DNA from: Macrostomum lignano
Taxonomy: Eukaryota
Direction: 5' to 3'
Assembly (NCBI GenBank): GCA_002269645.1
Contig: NIVC01001340.1
Span: forward strand, 186,001-250,000
DNA: 64,000 bases
Below, in pieces: positions 48,497-60,420 of this stretch (within the stretch, counting starts at the first letter, position 1; every line of letters starts with the position of its first letter). The position numbers were made by a program, and so were the translations under genes. The notes below the pieces were generated by a model, which was not told the DNA's origin, ran no database searches, and worked only from the letters and a program-made list of their open reading frames with translations.

Positions 48497-50264
48497 GTCC
48501 TCAGGGACCTCCTTCAAGCCTTCATCCACCGTGCCGAGCGCTGGGCACATAGCTGCGGTCTCAGGTTCTCTGAGTCTAAAACCGTGGCTATCATGTTCAC
48601 CAGCCGCCGAAACTGGAGGATCGAACCGCTCTCCCTCTACGGCAAACCTGTTGCCATGGAGAAACAAACTAGATGTCTGGGCGTCACCCTCGACCACAGG
48701 TTGAGCTGGACCCCGCACGTCCAAACTAAAGCCCGCAAAGCTCTCGCGACTCTCGCGCAGATCCGCAGAGCTTTCGGTGCTACCTGGGGCCTCACCCCCC
48801 GCCGCCTCTGGTGGATTTACACTGCCATTGTTAGACCGGCCATCTCCTTCGCCGGCTTTATTTGGAACAGTGCCCTAGAGGTGAAAGGGGTTCTTGAGGT
48901 TTTAAAAAGGGTGCAAGGCCGCGCTTGTCGAGCTATCATGAGCGCGGCTCCCTCAACGCCCTTCGCTGGCATGAACTCCTTCTTGGACATCCCCCCCCTC
49001 GACCTCTTTGTTAGAGGGGAGGCTATGAAAACCACCCGTCGCCTGCTTGACGCGGGTGTCCAAATCCAGAAGCAGTTTGCCTTCAGAAAGCGGAACCTCC
49101 GGCCGCATGGCGACCTCAGCCTGCGAGACCTGGAAGCAGCGAGAGGCCTGCTGACCCTCTCGGACGGAATCCCGTCCACGCTCTGCCCCCCGCTCAAATT
49201 CAAAACCAGCATTCCACCACGCCATGAAGCGAGAGACAACTGGAAACCCCCGGAAATCCACTGCTTCACTGACGGGTCCCAAATCAACTCCGCCTCTGGA
49301 TACGGCTACTGCATCGTGTCTGGAGGGAGAACTGTGGCGACCTTCTCCCAACACACCGGCACCTGCTCCACCGTCTTCCAGAACGAAGTTCTCGCCATCA
49401 GCTCCTGCGCCATGGAGCTGTACAATCAGCGCGCCTGGGGGAAGGAAATTACCCTCCACTCGGACAGTCAAGCGGCGATTCACGCCCTTGAGCGCACCAC
49501 CACCTGCTCGCGTACAGTCCTCGACTGCATCGGGCAGCTCAACCGCTTAGGCGCCTCCAACAAGGTGTCCCTAAGGTGGATCCCCGGGCATTCGGGCCAC
49601 CCCGGCAACGAGCTGGCCGATCGCCTGGCCAAGGCTGGCTCGACCGGTTCTTTTACTGGTCCCCTGCCCGTGGCCCCCACCCCCATCGCCGTTGTCACCA
49701 CTCGGATCAACCAGTGGGTGGCTTCTAAGCACAGGGAGAGGTGGGCTAACGCCCCCGACTGCCGGCAATCCCGCGCGGCTGTCCCTTGTCCCTCCCCCGC
49801 CCTACGCAGGGCCCTGCTTGGACTCAACCACAGGGACATCAGGGCGGTTACCATGGCCCTTTCGGGTCATGGCTGCTTTGCCAGGCATCGTTACCTCCAG
49901 GAGAAAATCCGCAGTGAGGAATGCCCTTTCTGCCTCTCCGGTGTCGAGAATGCGGAGCACTTCATCTGTGAATGCCCCGCCTTTACTCAGGACAGGCTCA
50001 CCTACCTCGGCCCAAACCCGGACCTCTCCGACGTTTTCAGGCCCGAGAATCTCTGCCAGCTCGTCCGCTACCTAAGGGCTACCGGGCGAGCGACAATCCA
50101 CCTCCTGGACTCTCCGGAGGGGACCGCGCTGCGGACGCCGGCGCCACCGGAACTCCCTGCGCGACACCGCAGCACTAGCTGCCCGTGGTCGCCAGGGGTA
50201 AGCGAAATGGTCGGCAACGCCTCCTCGCTGCTTCCGGACGCACGGAGCCCCCTGCAGCAAAGTC
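48497..50264 (+). mobile_element. 5'-truncated non-LTR retrotransposon (R1/Loa-like: RT C-terminus, RNase H, CCHC) with 13-bp TSD
   Basis: Intact frame with [41 protein letters not shown] and CPFC..EH..CEC. ATGGTCTGTCAGG occurs at both 48484-48496 and 50265-50277. Confidence 0.92.
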
Positions 50265-50331
50265 ATGGTCTGTCAGGAGAGTCTGACAGTGCGCTGGAAA
50301 GGAAGCAATTTCAAAGAGAACAATTCCGCAC

Positions 50332-50825
50332 CTGAATATTGTCAGTCTTATAATAGTAGAAAGCGTTATTCTTGAGCACGCAGTAGTGCCGAGTCCATTT
50401 AGCCGGCATGATAGTGGATCTCGGCTTCTTCATCAGCAGCCAGCCGCGGCAGACGCCGGATTCGTCGCTAACGCAGGAGCCGCGCGGATCTTCGCGCGAC
50501 GGAGTCCGGTTTTGGGATCGGTTTGGGGTCCCGCCGCCGCCGTTGTGAGAGTGGTTCCGGTTGCGGGAGGGGCTGGTCATTGCTGGGCTGGGGTGCTGCT
50601 GCTGCTGCTGCTGCTGGTGCTGCAACTGGAGCTGCTGCTGCTGGTGATCGGGCAGGCTGCTCACTGACGGATACTTGGGACGGCGAGGCTCCGCCGACTC
50701 CGTCAGGGTGATCTGCGGCGGCTGCCTGGATGACACAGCTGAATGAGATTCGGGATGCGGGTGGGGGGATGAAAACTGATTGATAGCTGCTGGAAGATGT
50801 TTGACATGTAGGACTACACTATCTG
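50332..50825 (-). CDS. CNKSR: CNK-like exon: linker + first half of PH domain
   Basis: CRGWLLMKK...[18 protein letters not shown]. Donor CAG|GTGCGG. Confidence 0.85.
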
Positions 50826-50837
50826 CTATGCGACAGA

Positions 50838-51200
50838 CAGATGGACATTGTCTATCAGACAGGATGGACATTGTCTATCACACCAGATGGACATTGTCTA
50901 TCAGACCAGGTGGATATTGTCTATTACACAAGATGGACATTGTCTATCAGACCAGATGGACATTGTCTATCAGACCAGATGGACATTGTCTATCACACCA
51001 GATGGACATTGTCTATCACACCAGATGGACATTGTCTATCACACCAGATGAAAATTGTCTATCACAGCAGATGGACATTGTCTATCACACAAAATAAACA
51101 TTGTCTATCACACAAAATAAACATTGTCTATCACACAAAATGGACATTGTCTATCAGACCAGATGGACATTGTCTATCAAACAAGTTGGAAAATATCTAT
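50838..51200. repeat. 23-bp minisatellite (AGATGGACATTGTCTATCACACC)n
   Basis: Read directly. Confidence 0.92.
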
Positions 51201-51877
51201 CACACCGGACTTTCTAATTTTCTACAAAATTAGCTTATTAAACCCAATAACCAGAGCTGTGCTATTAGAAGCAAACTGAATAAACCAGCAACCGTTGGTA
51301 TGAAGAAATAGTTACACTGCTACAATCAGTAAAAATTCATCACTCTGGAAAAACAAAAGCCAAAACACCAATAAGTCTGTCAATAAAGATGACAACCTTA
51401 CCAGATAGCGTCTCACTCTGAGGCAGAAAATGTTATTAAAATTTATATTATAAATAATTTTGGAAAGCCATATGCGCACTTATCTCTCATCTATTGAAAG
51501 TGGTACTTGAATTGCTATTTTTAAAGAATTAAGACACGCAAAAGCGGAGCAATAAAAATTCCGGACATTTTTTTACATTCCATTTCTAAGTTTACCTTTC
51601 TGCGCATGGGTTAGTACCTACATCTACTTATTACATGTACTAAAATTAGTAATTCAACTTAGATGTATCGCTACAGCTTGATGTTTATGGTCTGTTTTCT
51701 TTCAACAGGCAGGCAGCCAGTGAACCGGAAAGACGGGAAGCGTTTGTTAATGAACCACGGCTTCGGCATTCACTACAATTATTGTTCATGCTATGCACTG
51801 CAACGTATTCTATCTTAGAAGCTGGATATTTATTTGCGAAACTGTTTGCTGCCGTGTGTGCAAAAATGTATCCAAGA

Positions 51878-52260
51878 GGCTGGCCCAGCAACTGGGGATC
51901 TGTGAGGCTGGCCCAGCAACTGAGGATCTGGGAGGCTGGCCCAGTAACTGAGGATCTGGGAGACTGGCCAAGCAACTGAGGATCTGGGAGGCTGGCCCAG
52001 CAACTGAAGATCTGGAAGGCTGGCCCAGCAACTGAGGATCTGGGAGGCTGGCCCAGCAACTGAGGATCTGGGAGGCTGGCCCAGCAACTGAAGATCTGGA
52101 AGGCTGGCCCAGCAACTGAGGATCTGGGAGGCTGGCCCAGTAACTGAGGATCTGGGAGGCTGGCCCAGCAACTGAGGATCTGGGAGGCTGGCCCAGTAAC
52201 TGAGGATCTGGGAGGCTGGCCCAGTAACTGAGGATCTGGGAGGCTGGCCCAGCAACTGAC
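51878..52260. repeat. 28-bp minisatellite (CTGGGAGGCTGGCCCAGCAACTGAGGAT)n
   Basis: Read directly. Confidence 0.92.
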
Positions 52261-52353
52261 ACTATGAAGCTAGCCCAGGAACTGACACTATGAAGCTAGC
52301 CCAGGAACTGAGGATCTCAAAGTATCTCGGAAGCATAAAAAGCCGACACTCAC

Positions 52354-52804
52354 AGACGGTGAGCACGGACTCATCGTGCTCCATATGCGTTGCCATCGGG
52401 TGCCCTGAGGAGCCGCTAAACTGCCTGTCGACTCCAGCGGGACCCAGAATCAGGCGAGACGTCACAGCGGCCGACACGGCAGCTGCGACAGCAGCAGCCT
52501 CGGCCTGGGTCCTCTTCTTGGAGCCGCGTTTGAACTTCGGCGGTCGCTGCTTGCGGCCGCCCGGCCGACCCTGTCGGGACTCCGAATAGCAGGGCCGTTT
52601 GCGCAGCACCAGTTGCAGAACGCCGGGCGTCTGCTCGATGATGCTGGATACGCACTGATGAGGCAGGCAGACAACTGGCTGATCGGCGACGGCGAGAACT
52701 TCGTCGCCTTTCTGAATCAGATTGCCGTAAACTGCGGACTCGTTGGTCACCTCCGAGATGACGTGGGTAGCCAGGCTGTTGTTCAGGGTGAGGAGAGTGA
52801 TGCC
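52354..52804 (-). CDS. CNKSR: CNK-like exon: main part of PDZ domain
   Basis: HVISEVTNESAVYGNLIQKGDEVLAVADQPV...LQLVLRKRP resembles the CNK PDZ (IHAGDEVIQVNHQTV...LTLKKRP). Confidence 0.85.
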
Positions 52805-52834
52805 CTGCGGATGCGAGGGTATTGGGTCATGCGA

Positions 52835-53460
52835 TTGGGATCGATTTGGGGTCTGGGATCGATTTGGGGATCTGGGATCGATTGGGGGATCTGGGATCGA
52901 TTTGGGGATCTGGGATCAATTTGGGGATCTGGGATCGATTTGGGATCTGGGATCGATTTGGGGATCTGGGATCGATTGGGGGATCTGGGATCGATTTTTT
53001 GGGATCTGGGATCGATTTGGGGATTTGGGATCAATTTGGGGATATGGGATCGATTTGGGGATCTGAGATCTATTTGGAGATCTGGGATCGATTGGGGATC
53101 TGGGATCGATTTTTTGGGATCTGGGATCGATTTGGGATCTGGGATCGATTTGAGATCTGGGATCGATTTGGGGATTTGGGGTCGATTTGGGGATTTGAAA
53201 TGGATTTGGGGATCTGGGAACGATTTGGGGATCTGGGATCGATTTGGGGTCGATTTGGGGATCTGAAATGGATTAGGGATCTGAGAACGATTTGGGGATC
53301 TGGGATCAATTTGGGGATCTGGTATCAAGTTGGAATCTAGGATCGATTTGGGGATCTGGGATCGATTTCGGGATCTGGGATTGGTTTAGGAATCAGGGAT
53401 CCATTTGGGGATCTGGAAGTAATTTTGGGGATCTGGGAAACGATTTGGGGATCTGAGGAT
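52835..53460. repeat. 19-bp minisatellite (CTGGGATCGATTTGGGGAT)n
   Basis: Read directly. Confidence 0.95.
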
Positions 53461-54069
53461 CAAGCTGAGGATCTAGGGTGGAGGATTTTTCGAATCAGAT
53501 TTTAGAATCTTCGACGATGGGAAATCATCTGACTTGACTATGAATTAGGCGTGATAAGAAGTTATAAAGCGAGCGCGCCGCTAGCATTGACGCATAAATA
53601 GCAAAATAATCATAATCAAGAATTATCTGCACCATTGAATTGGAAATCATGTTCTCTAAAATAGCATTAAATCGAGGCTGGCAACCAATTCATTAATATT
53701 TTAATTAATGATTTTATTCGAATCATTTCAGTCCCCAAAGCTGCTATGAAAACACCAACGCAGGGCAGGGCCGACTCGCAGATGCCAATCTGCTGTGCCG
53801 CCGTTGGTCGGGCAGCGGAAGCAACTGGCAACTGCTGCTGCTGCTTCTGCTGCAAGGCTGCCTGTCTCAATCGGAAATCTGCAACGAAGCCCATCCTATA
53901 GTCTGCGGCCGCGGGCTCCCTGCTGTGATCGCTGTCTGCCTCATCATCGTCTGTTGTTGCTGTCGCCTCGAAGTCTTCTTCTTCAAAGTCGAAGAGACCC
54001 TTTGTTTGTTTGCTGGCAAATTTATAACTTGCGTTTTGATAGCCACTGTGGATTGATGCGGCATACAGC

Positions 54070-54155
54070 TGTCTATCTGTCTGTCTGTCTATCTGCCTGT
54101 CCGTCTGTCTGTCTATCTGTCTGTCTGTCTGCCTGTCTGTCTGTCTGTCTGTCTT

Positions 54156-54198
<43 letters not shown>

Positions 54199-54491
54199 GC
54201 CTGTCTGTCTCTCTGTCTGTCTTTCTGTCTGTCTCTCTGTCTGTCTTTCTGTCTGTCTCTCTGTCTGTCTGCCTGCCTGTCTGTCTGTCTGTCTGTCTGT
54301 CTGTCCTTCTGTCTGTCTGTCTGTCTGTCTGTCTGCCCGTCCGTCTGCCTGTCTGTCTGCTTGTCTGTCTGTCTGTCTCTCTGTCTGCCTGTCTGTCTGT
54401 CTCTCTGTCTGTCTGTCTCTCTGTCTGTCTGTCTCTCTGTCTGTCTGTCTGCCTGCCTGTCTGTCTGTCTGTCTTTCTGTCTGTCTGTCTC

Positions 54492-54534
<43 letters not shown>

Positions 54535-54545
54535 GCCTGCCTGCC

Positions 54546-54601
<56 letters not shown>

Positions 54602-54641
54602 AGTCTGTCAGACTGTCTGTCTGTCTGTCTGTCAGTCTGTC

Positions 54642-54689
<48 letters not shown>
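54070..54689. repeat. (GTCT)n microsatellite
   Basis: Read directly. Confidence 0.97.
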
Positions 54690-54702
54690 CATGCTTGGGC
54701 GC

Positions 54703-54846
54703 AACCTATGGATTCACCCGGCCGTTTCTATTGGCAACACACACGTAAGTCGCTATTGGACGGAATAGTAGTCACGTGACTGCTCTCAGCCAATAGCGAA
54801 TTACGTGTGTGTTGCCAATAGAAACGGCCGGGTGAATCCCAAGGTT
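54703..54846. mobile_element. 144-bp foldback/MITE-like palindrome
   Basis: The two arms of about 57 bp are reverse complements with about 3 mismatches, around a 30-nt spacer containing GTCACGTGAC. Confidence 0.7.
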
Positions 54847-55045
54847 ATGCATGTATGTGTCTGTCTATCAATCTATCTGTCTGTCTGTCTGTCTTAATGT
54901 TTGTCTGTCTGTCTGTCTATCTATCTATTTAATTTTTCACTGTGTCCTTGTTAGCTTGTTAGCCTGTTCCATACGAACAACAGATACATGCAAAGCGCAG
55001 AAGAATGGAAAACTCAACGAAATTCAATGGGCACCGAAAACTCAC

Positions 55046-55165
55046 CCACTTATTGTCGCCTGGGTTCCTCTTGATGTGCACCAGCTCCAGCTGGCACGGC
55101 ACAACAGCCAGAGGATCTTTAAAGCCGGTAACGTACTTTTCACAGGTTGTGTTCAACTTTAGACT
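55046..55165 (-). CDS. CNKSR: CNK-like exon: end of CRIC / start of PDZ
   Basis: TCEKYVTGFKDPLAVVPCQLELVHIK. 40 codons, CAG/GTGAG. Confidence 0.75.
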
Positions 55166-55264
55166 CTGCGAAAAGAGATTTTATATTTTGCAATGACAGG
55201 AAGATCAGGATGTTAGAGTTATAGTACTGTGGAGCTTATAGAGATTTCAGCACTTATTACGGAA

Positions 55265-56690
55265 CTCAGAGAAAGGGATCACAGCAAACTCAGAGGAGAG
55301 GATCTCAGCAACTCAGAGAAGGGGATCTCAGCAACTCAGAGAAGGGGATCTCAGCAACTCGGAGAAGGGGATCTCAGCAACTCGGAGGAGAGGATCTCAG
55401 CAACTCAGAGAAGGGGATCTCAGCAACTCAGGGAAGGGGGATCTCAGCAACTCAGAGGAGAGGATCTCAGCAACTCAGAGAAGGGGATCACAGCAACTCA
55501 GAGAAGGGGATCTCAGCAACTCGGAGAACGGGATCTCAGCAACTCAGCGAAGGGGATCACAGCAAACTCAGAGGAGAGGATCTCAGCAACTCAGAGAAGG
55601 GGATCACAGCAAACTCAGAGGAGAGGATCTCAGCAACTCAGAGAAGGGGATCTCAGCAACTCAGGGAAGGGGGATCTCAGCAACTCAGAGAAGGGGATCT
55701 CAGCAACTCGGAGAACGGGATCTCAGCAACTCAGCGAAGGGGATCACAGCAAACTCAGAGGAGAGGATCTCAGCAACTCAGAGAAGGGGATCACAGCAAA
55801 CACAGAGGAGAGGATCTCAGCAACTCAGAGAAGGGGATCTCAGCAACTCAGGGAAGGGGGATCTCAGCAACTCAGAGAAGGGGATCTCAGCAACTCAGGG
55901 AAGGGGATCTCAGCAACTCAGAGAAGGGGATCTCAGCAACTCATAGAAGGGAATCTCAGCAACTCATAGAAGGGGATCTCAGCAACTCATAGAAGGGAAT
56001 CTCAGCAACTCGGAGAAGGGAATCTCAGCAACTCATAGAAGGGAATCTCAGCAACTCATAGAAGGGGATCTCAGCAACTCGGAGAAGGGGATCTCAGCAA
56101 CTCATAGAAGGGGATCTCAGCAACACATATAAGGGAATCTCAGCAACTCATATAAGGAAATCTCAGCAACTCATAGAAGGGAATCTCAGCAACTCAGAGA
56201 AGGGAATCTCAGCAACTCATAGAAGGGAATCTCAGCAACTCATAGAAGGGGATCTCAGCAACTCATAGAAGGGAATCTCAGCAACTCGGAGAAGGGAATC
56301 TCAGCAACTCATAGAAGGGAATCTCAGCAACTCATAGAAGGGGATCTCAGCAACTCGGAGAAGGGGATCTCAGCAACTCATAGAAGGGGATCTCAGCAAC
56401 ACATATAAGGGAATCTCAGCAACTCATATAAGGGAATCTCAGCAACTCATAGAAGGGAATCTCAGCAACTCATAGAAGGGAATCTCAGCAACTCATAGAA
56501 GGGAATCTCAGCAACATATAGAAGGGAATCTCAGCAACTCGGAGAAGGGAATCTCAGCAACTCATAGAAGGGGATCTCAGCAACTCATAGAAGGGGATCT
56601 CAGCAACTCGGAGAAGGGGATCTCAGCAACTCGGAGAAGGGGATCTCAGCAACTCGGAGAAGGGGATCTCAGCAACTCAGAGAATGGGAT
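55265..56690. repeat. 23-bp minisatellite (GGGATCTCAGCAACTCAGAGAAG)n
   Basis: Read directly. Confidence 0.97.
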
Positions 56691-56761
56691 ATTCGGAAGC
56701 TTTGACCCAGAATGGGGATCCCCAGAACAGGATCTAAATAAATTCAAGCACAGAATCTTAC

Positions 56762-57052
56762 CTGCTCTTTAATGTCCTGCAACGCTTTGCCCTGATGCGA
56801 ATCAGAATAATTAGGAAAAGCTGACACAATATTCCCAATAGACTGTTGTATGCTGTGCAGCAGTCTCACAGTCTCAGTATCCAATGAACTATAGAATGGC
56901 ACCCTGCATAGCCAAGAGACGGCCTCTTTAGCAGCTTCGACCAGCTCAACTAGGGCGGTGAAAAAGTCCAACTGGTAGCGACCTTTGTCGTGCTCGTAGA
57001 GAGCCCGCTCCATGGGGTTTGAGTCTATCTGGTTGATCAGCGTGATGTATGC
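56762..57052 (-). CDS. CNKSR: CNK-like exon: CRIC domain
   Basis: DFFTALVELVEAAKEAVSWLCRVPF resembles the CRIC segment [25 protein letters not shown]. Confidence 0.85.
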
Positions 57053-57136
57053 CTATGGGATGGATCAGATTGAGGCGAAGGTATTAAGAGGAATAGTAAG
57101 TCTATATTAAATGTTAAAGTCGATTTTTTAACATAC

Positions 57137-57223
57137 CTGAATACTTTGCACTAGACAGTTGGCAGCCACGGAGAGCTGATAAATGTGCAGCTGGAGAGTG
57201 TCAGCTTCCATGTAGGATGAGTT
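57137..57223 (-). CDS. CNKSR: CNK-like exon (SAM-CRIC junction, 29 codons)
   Basis: TTTCAG/GTATG boundaries, phase 0. NSSYMEADTLQLHIYQLSVAANCL. Confidence 0.7.
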
Positions 57224-57274
57224 CTGAAATCAAATGGGTGTGAATGATTTACTGACTTTCAAATTTAATCTTAA

Positions 57275-57860
57275 TTTGAAGTTTGAGATTGAGTTTTGGG
57301 GGGGTTGATGTTTGAGATTGAGGGGGGGGTTGCAGTTTGAGATTGAGGGGGGGTTGAAGTTTGAGATTGAGGGGGGTTGAAGTTTGAGATTGATGGGGGT
57401 TGAAGTTTGAGATTGAGTTTTGGGGGGGGTTGAAGTTTGAAATTTGAGTTTTGGGTTGAAGTTTGAAATTTGAGTTTTGGGGGGTTGAAGTTTGAGATTG
57501 AGTTTTGGGGTGGGTTGAAGTTTGAGATTGAGGGGGGGGGTTGAAGTTTGAGATTGAGTTTTGGGGGGGGTTGACGTTTGAGATTGAGTTTTGGTTTGAC
57601 GTTTGAGATTGAGTTTGGGGGATTGAAGTTTGAGATTGAGTTTGGGGGGGGGGTTGAAGTTTGAGATTGAGTTTGGGGGTGAAGTTTGAGATTGAGTTTG
57701 GGGGGTGAAGCTTGAGAATGAGGGGGGTTGAAGCTTGAGATTGAGGGGGGTTGAAGTTTGAGATTGAGTTTGGGGGGTTGAAGTTTGAGATTGAGTTTGG
57801 GGAGGGGGGTTGAAGTTTGATATTGAGTTTGGGGGAGTTTGAAGTTTGAGATTCAATTTG
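57275..57860. repeat. (TTGAAGTTTGAGATTGAG-Gn)n minisatellite
   Basis: Read directly. Confidence 0.92.
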
Positions 57861-57930
57861 AGAGCTTTTTGATACTATGATATCCAATATTTTTATATCT
57901 GATTTAAGTACGACAATGCAAGTTCATTAC

Positions 57931-58094
57931 CAGTCGTTTAACAGAGTCCACAGCCTCTAGTAAGATGGCCTGAGGCCCAACCTTGTCAATGCCAAGTTGC
58001 ACCAGGTCATCGTGGGTCATATTTAATAGTTGATCACCAGTAATGCCATGCTCAATAAATACGTGCATATACTCTGCAAAGCTAGGATCCAAGT
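57931..58094 (-). CDS. CNKSR: CNK-like exon: SAM domain
   Basis: LDPSFAEY..VF..HGITGDQLLNMTHDDLVQLGI.KVGPQAILLEAV is a SAM motif. The first coding exon was not identified in the window. Confidence 0.85.
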
Positions 58095-60420
58095 CTACAA
58101 AAAGAAAGTAAGTGAAGTAACATAATCACTAAGTTACTCATAGATTAGTTTACTAGAATATCAAATAAATGTAAACAAATAAGCTGTTTATAAGTGTTCA
58201 TCTAAAAGTTATGGGTTAGAAGATACCATAGTCTAGGTGGCTCTAATGCAAGACAATTCTGGCATATTTTTGCCCTAGCTTATCTTCATGTCTTGACATA
58301 CATAGTTAGTGTACAAAAATAGCATAGTTCAGGCTTTATATATATAGTATAGTTGAATAAGAAAGCTCGTTAAAAAATAAATTTTAAAATTGAAAATAAC
58401 AATAAATGTTATTAGGGAAACAAAAGTGAAACAAAGAATAATAGTTTCTAGCAAATAAGAAACACTTTAAATTTAAATAAAGTTCTTATTTCTAAAAAAA
58501 TATATTCTTTAAAAAAGTTAACATGTAGTTCATATTCAGGAAGGAATCCCATATGCTAGAATTTTCAGGCATACATTAGCCTTTCCTAGTTCATTGGTAT
58601 ATATTTATTTGGCATGCTTGAATCTTAAAAAGTTGTATTTGGCATATAAGCTATTTTTAAAAAAGTATCTTCCAGTTTTTGTAACAAAAGGTAGAACATT
58701 TTAAAGAAAAAGATAGTCATTACAAAGTGACAGAAGTGTGAACAAAAATATTTGAATTCAATAGTGCTATCTTAAAGAATTTAGGTACCAAAACATTATA
58801 TAACTGCAAACTATTTTAAGTAGTAATAGATACAATGCTTATTTTGTTATAATGTACATATAAACATCAGACATAACATAGGAATAAAGGTCCTTGATTG
58901 TTTCAATGTAAAAAAGTTGTTTATTATTGCAGTGCAAAAGTAAAGTTTCATAATTTTGAAATTTTGGCATACATGACAGTCATATTTTCAATCTTTTGGT
59001 ATACTTGGTATATACCAAAAATTTTGCCCAAAAAACTCTGATATATACTAGACACCTTCTTAAAGTATAAACAACTTTATAGTTAGAAAATTTTTATTTA
59101 TATTAGCATAGAATAAAATAACAACAATTTTCATTACTTTGGCATACATTTGTCATGATTTGGACTATGGGTCAAATAGACAGACAAGATGTTAATCTTA
59201 ATTTCAATTATCAAGATTACAAAACTTTTTTAATATTGATCTTTGTTTTGAAATCTCAAGAAAAAAATCAAGATCTATAACTATATAACTATTTTTGATT
59301 ATTATAGTATGTTTAGTTTTATTATTAGAAAATCATTTGATAAATTTAAAAAAAAATAATTTGCATTATTAACTTGATAGATAGAATTGTGTAAATATAT
59401 TTACTAGATGTATAATTAGGTGTATACTTTTAAATCTCAATTAAATTCAATCAAAGTTCAATTATCAATAAAGAAAATCTTGCAAATGTGATAAAATTCA
59501 ACTTTTGTCTTGGCTCTTAATACATTTAAAATTATACTTATGTTATAGCATAGCATAGTCATAGATCAAAAACTAAATTTAGATTAGAATGTATTACATT
59601 GTTTAAACATACTATTACTAATAAGTAATATACTAAAAATATTTTTTCTTTTAGTATAGCCATGCAAAATTTTTCACCAATTTGGCCAGCAAAACTACTA
59701 TTCATTCTAATACTATGCAATACAATATGTTTAGGACTCAAAGTTAACTAAATATGCTATCTTATGGATATGTACATATGATACAATGTATTTATATCTT
59801 TGCTAAAGTATTTATATCCTAATTTGAGATTGTACTTACTTTTTACCCAGTTGATAACAACAACTTTTGGCCAAAGTCTCATATCATTTTGAAACATGCC
59901 ATTCATTTTTTCACTTGATCGTCACTTTAAAATCTATAATAAAGAAATTCAATAGGCTACGCAATTCAGAACACGTTTTAGAACAGAACGTGTCAGAACA
60001 CTGCAAAAAATTACACTTACTGAAGACGTTTTACAAAACTTAATTTAGTTTAGTTTTAGTAAAACTATAAAACTTTTTTAAAAGAATTCGGACTCCTGGC
60101 CCACCCAATTTTAATGTGCTGAAGCGAAAAAAATAATATTGTTAGTTAAATTCAACCAAGCTAAATTTAACTTTTGAATTAGAACAACTCTTTAAAAACT
60201 CAGATATCACCCTAGGTCTAACAAAAATAAAAAGTAAATAGATGAAGAACCAGAGATAACTTTTCGCCTAACGGTTAAGATTATTGACACTTCATAGAAA
60301 TTTAATCAAATTGAACTTCAGACAGAAGTTAAATAAACAGAATAACAAATCATATTGCATTTTACCTTAAAAAAAGACATTCTAGATTTTTCTTATAAAA
60401 AACGTCAACTCTTTTGCAAA

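Noticed and set aside
50195-50255. HDV-ribozyme-like string GCCTCCTCGCTG in the LINE 3' end
   Set aside because: P3 cannot pair, the GCGAA element lies upstream rather than downstream, and LINE ribozymes are expected at 5' ends.
12221-57887. Long ORFs over repeats (e.g. 12221-12794, 17794-18801, 24666-26202, 42630-43154, 52613-53340, 53795-54768, 55229-55969, 57230-57887)
   Set aside because: They are translations of tandem repeats that lack stop codons, not genes.
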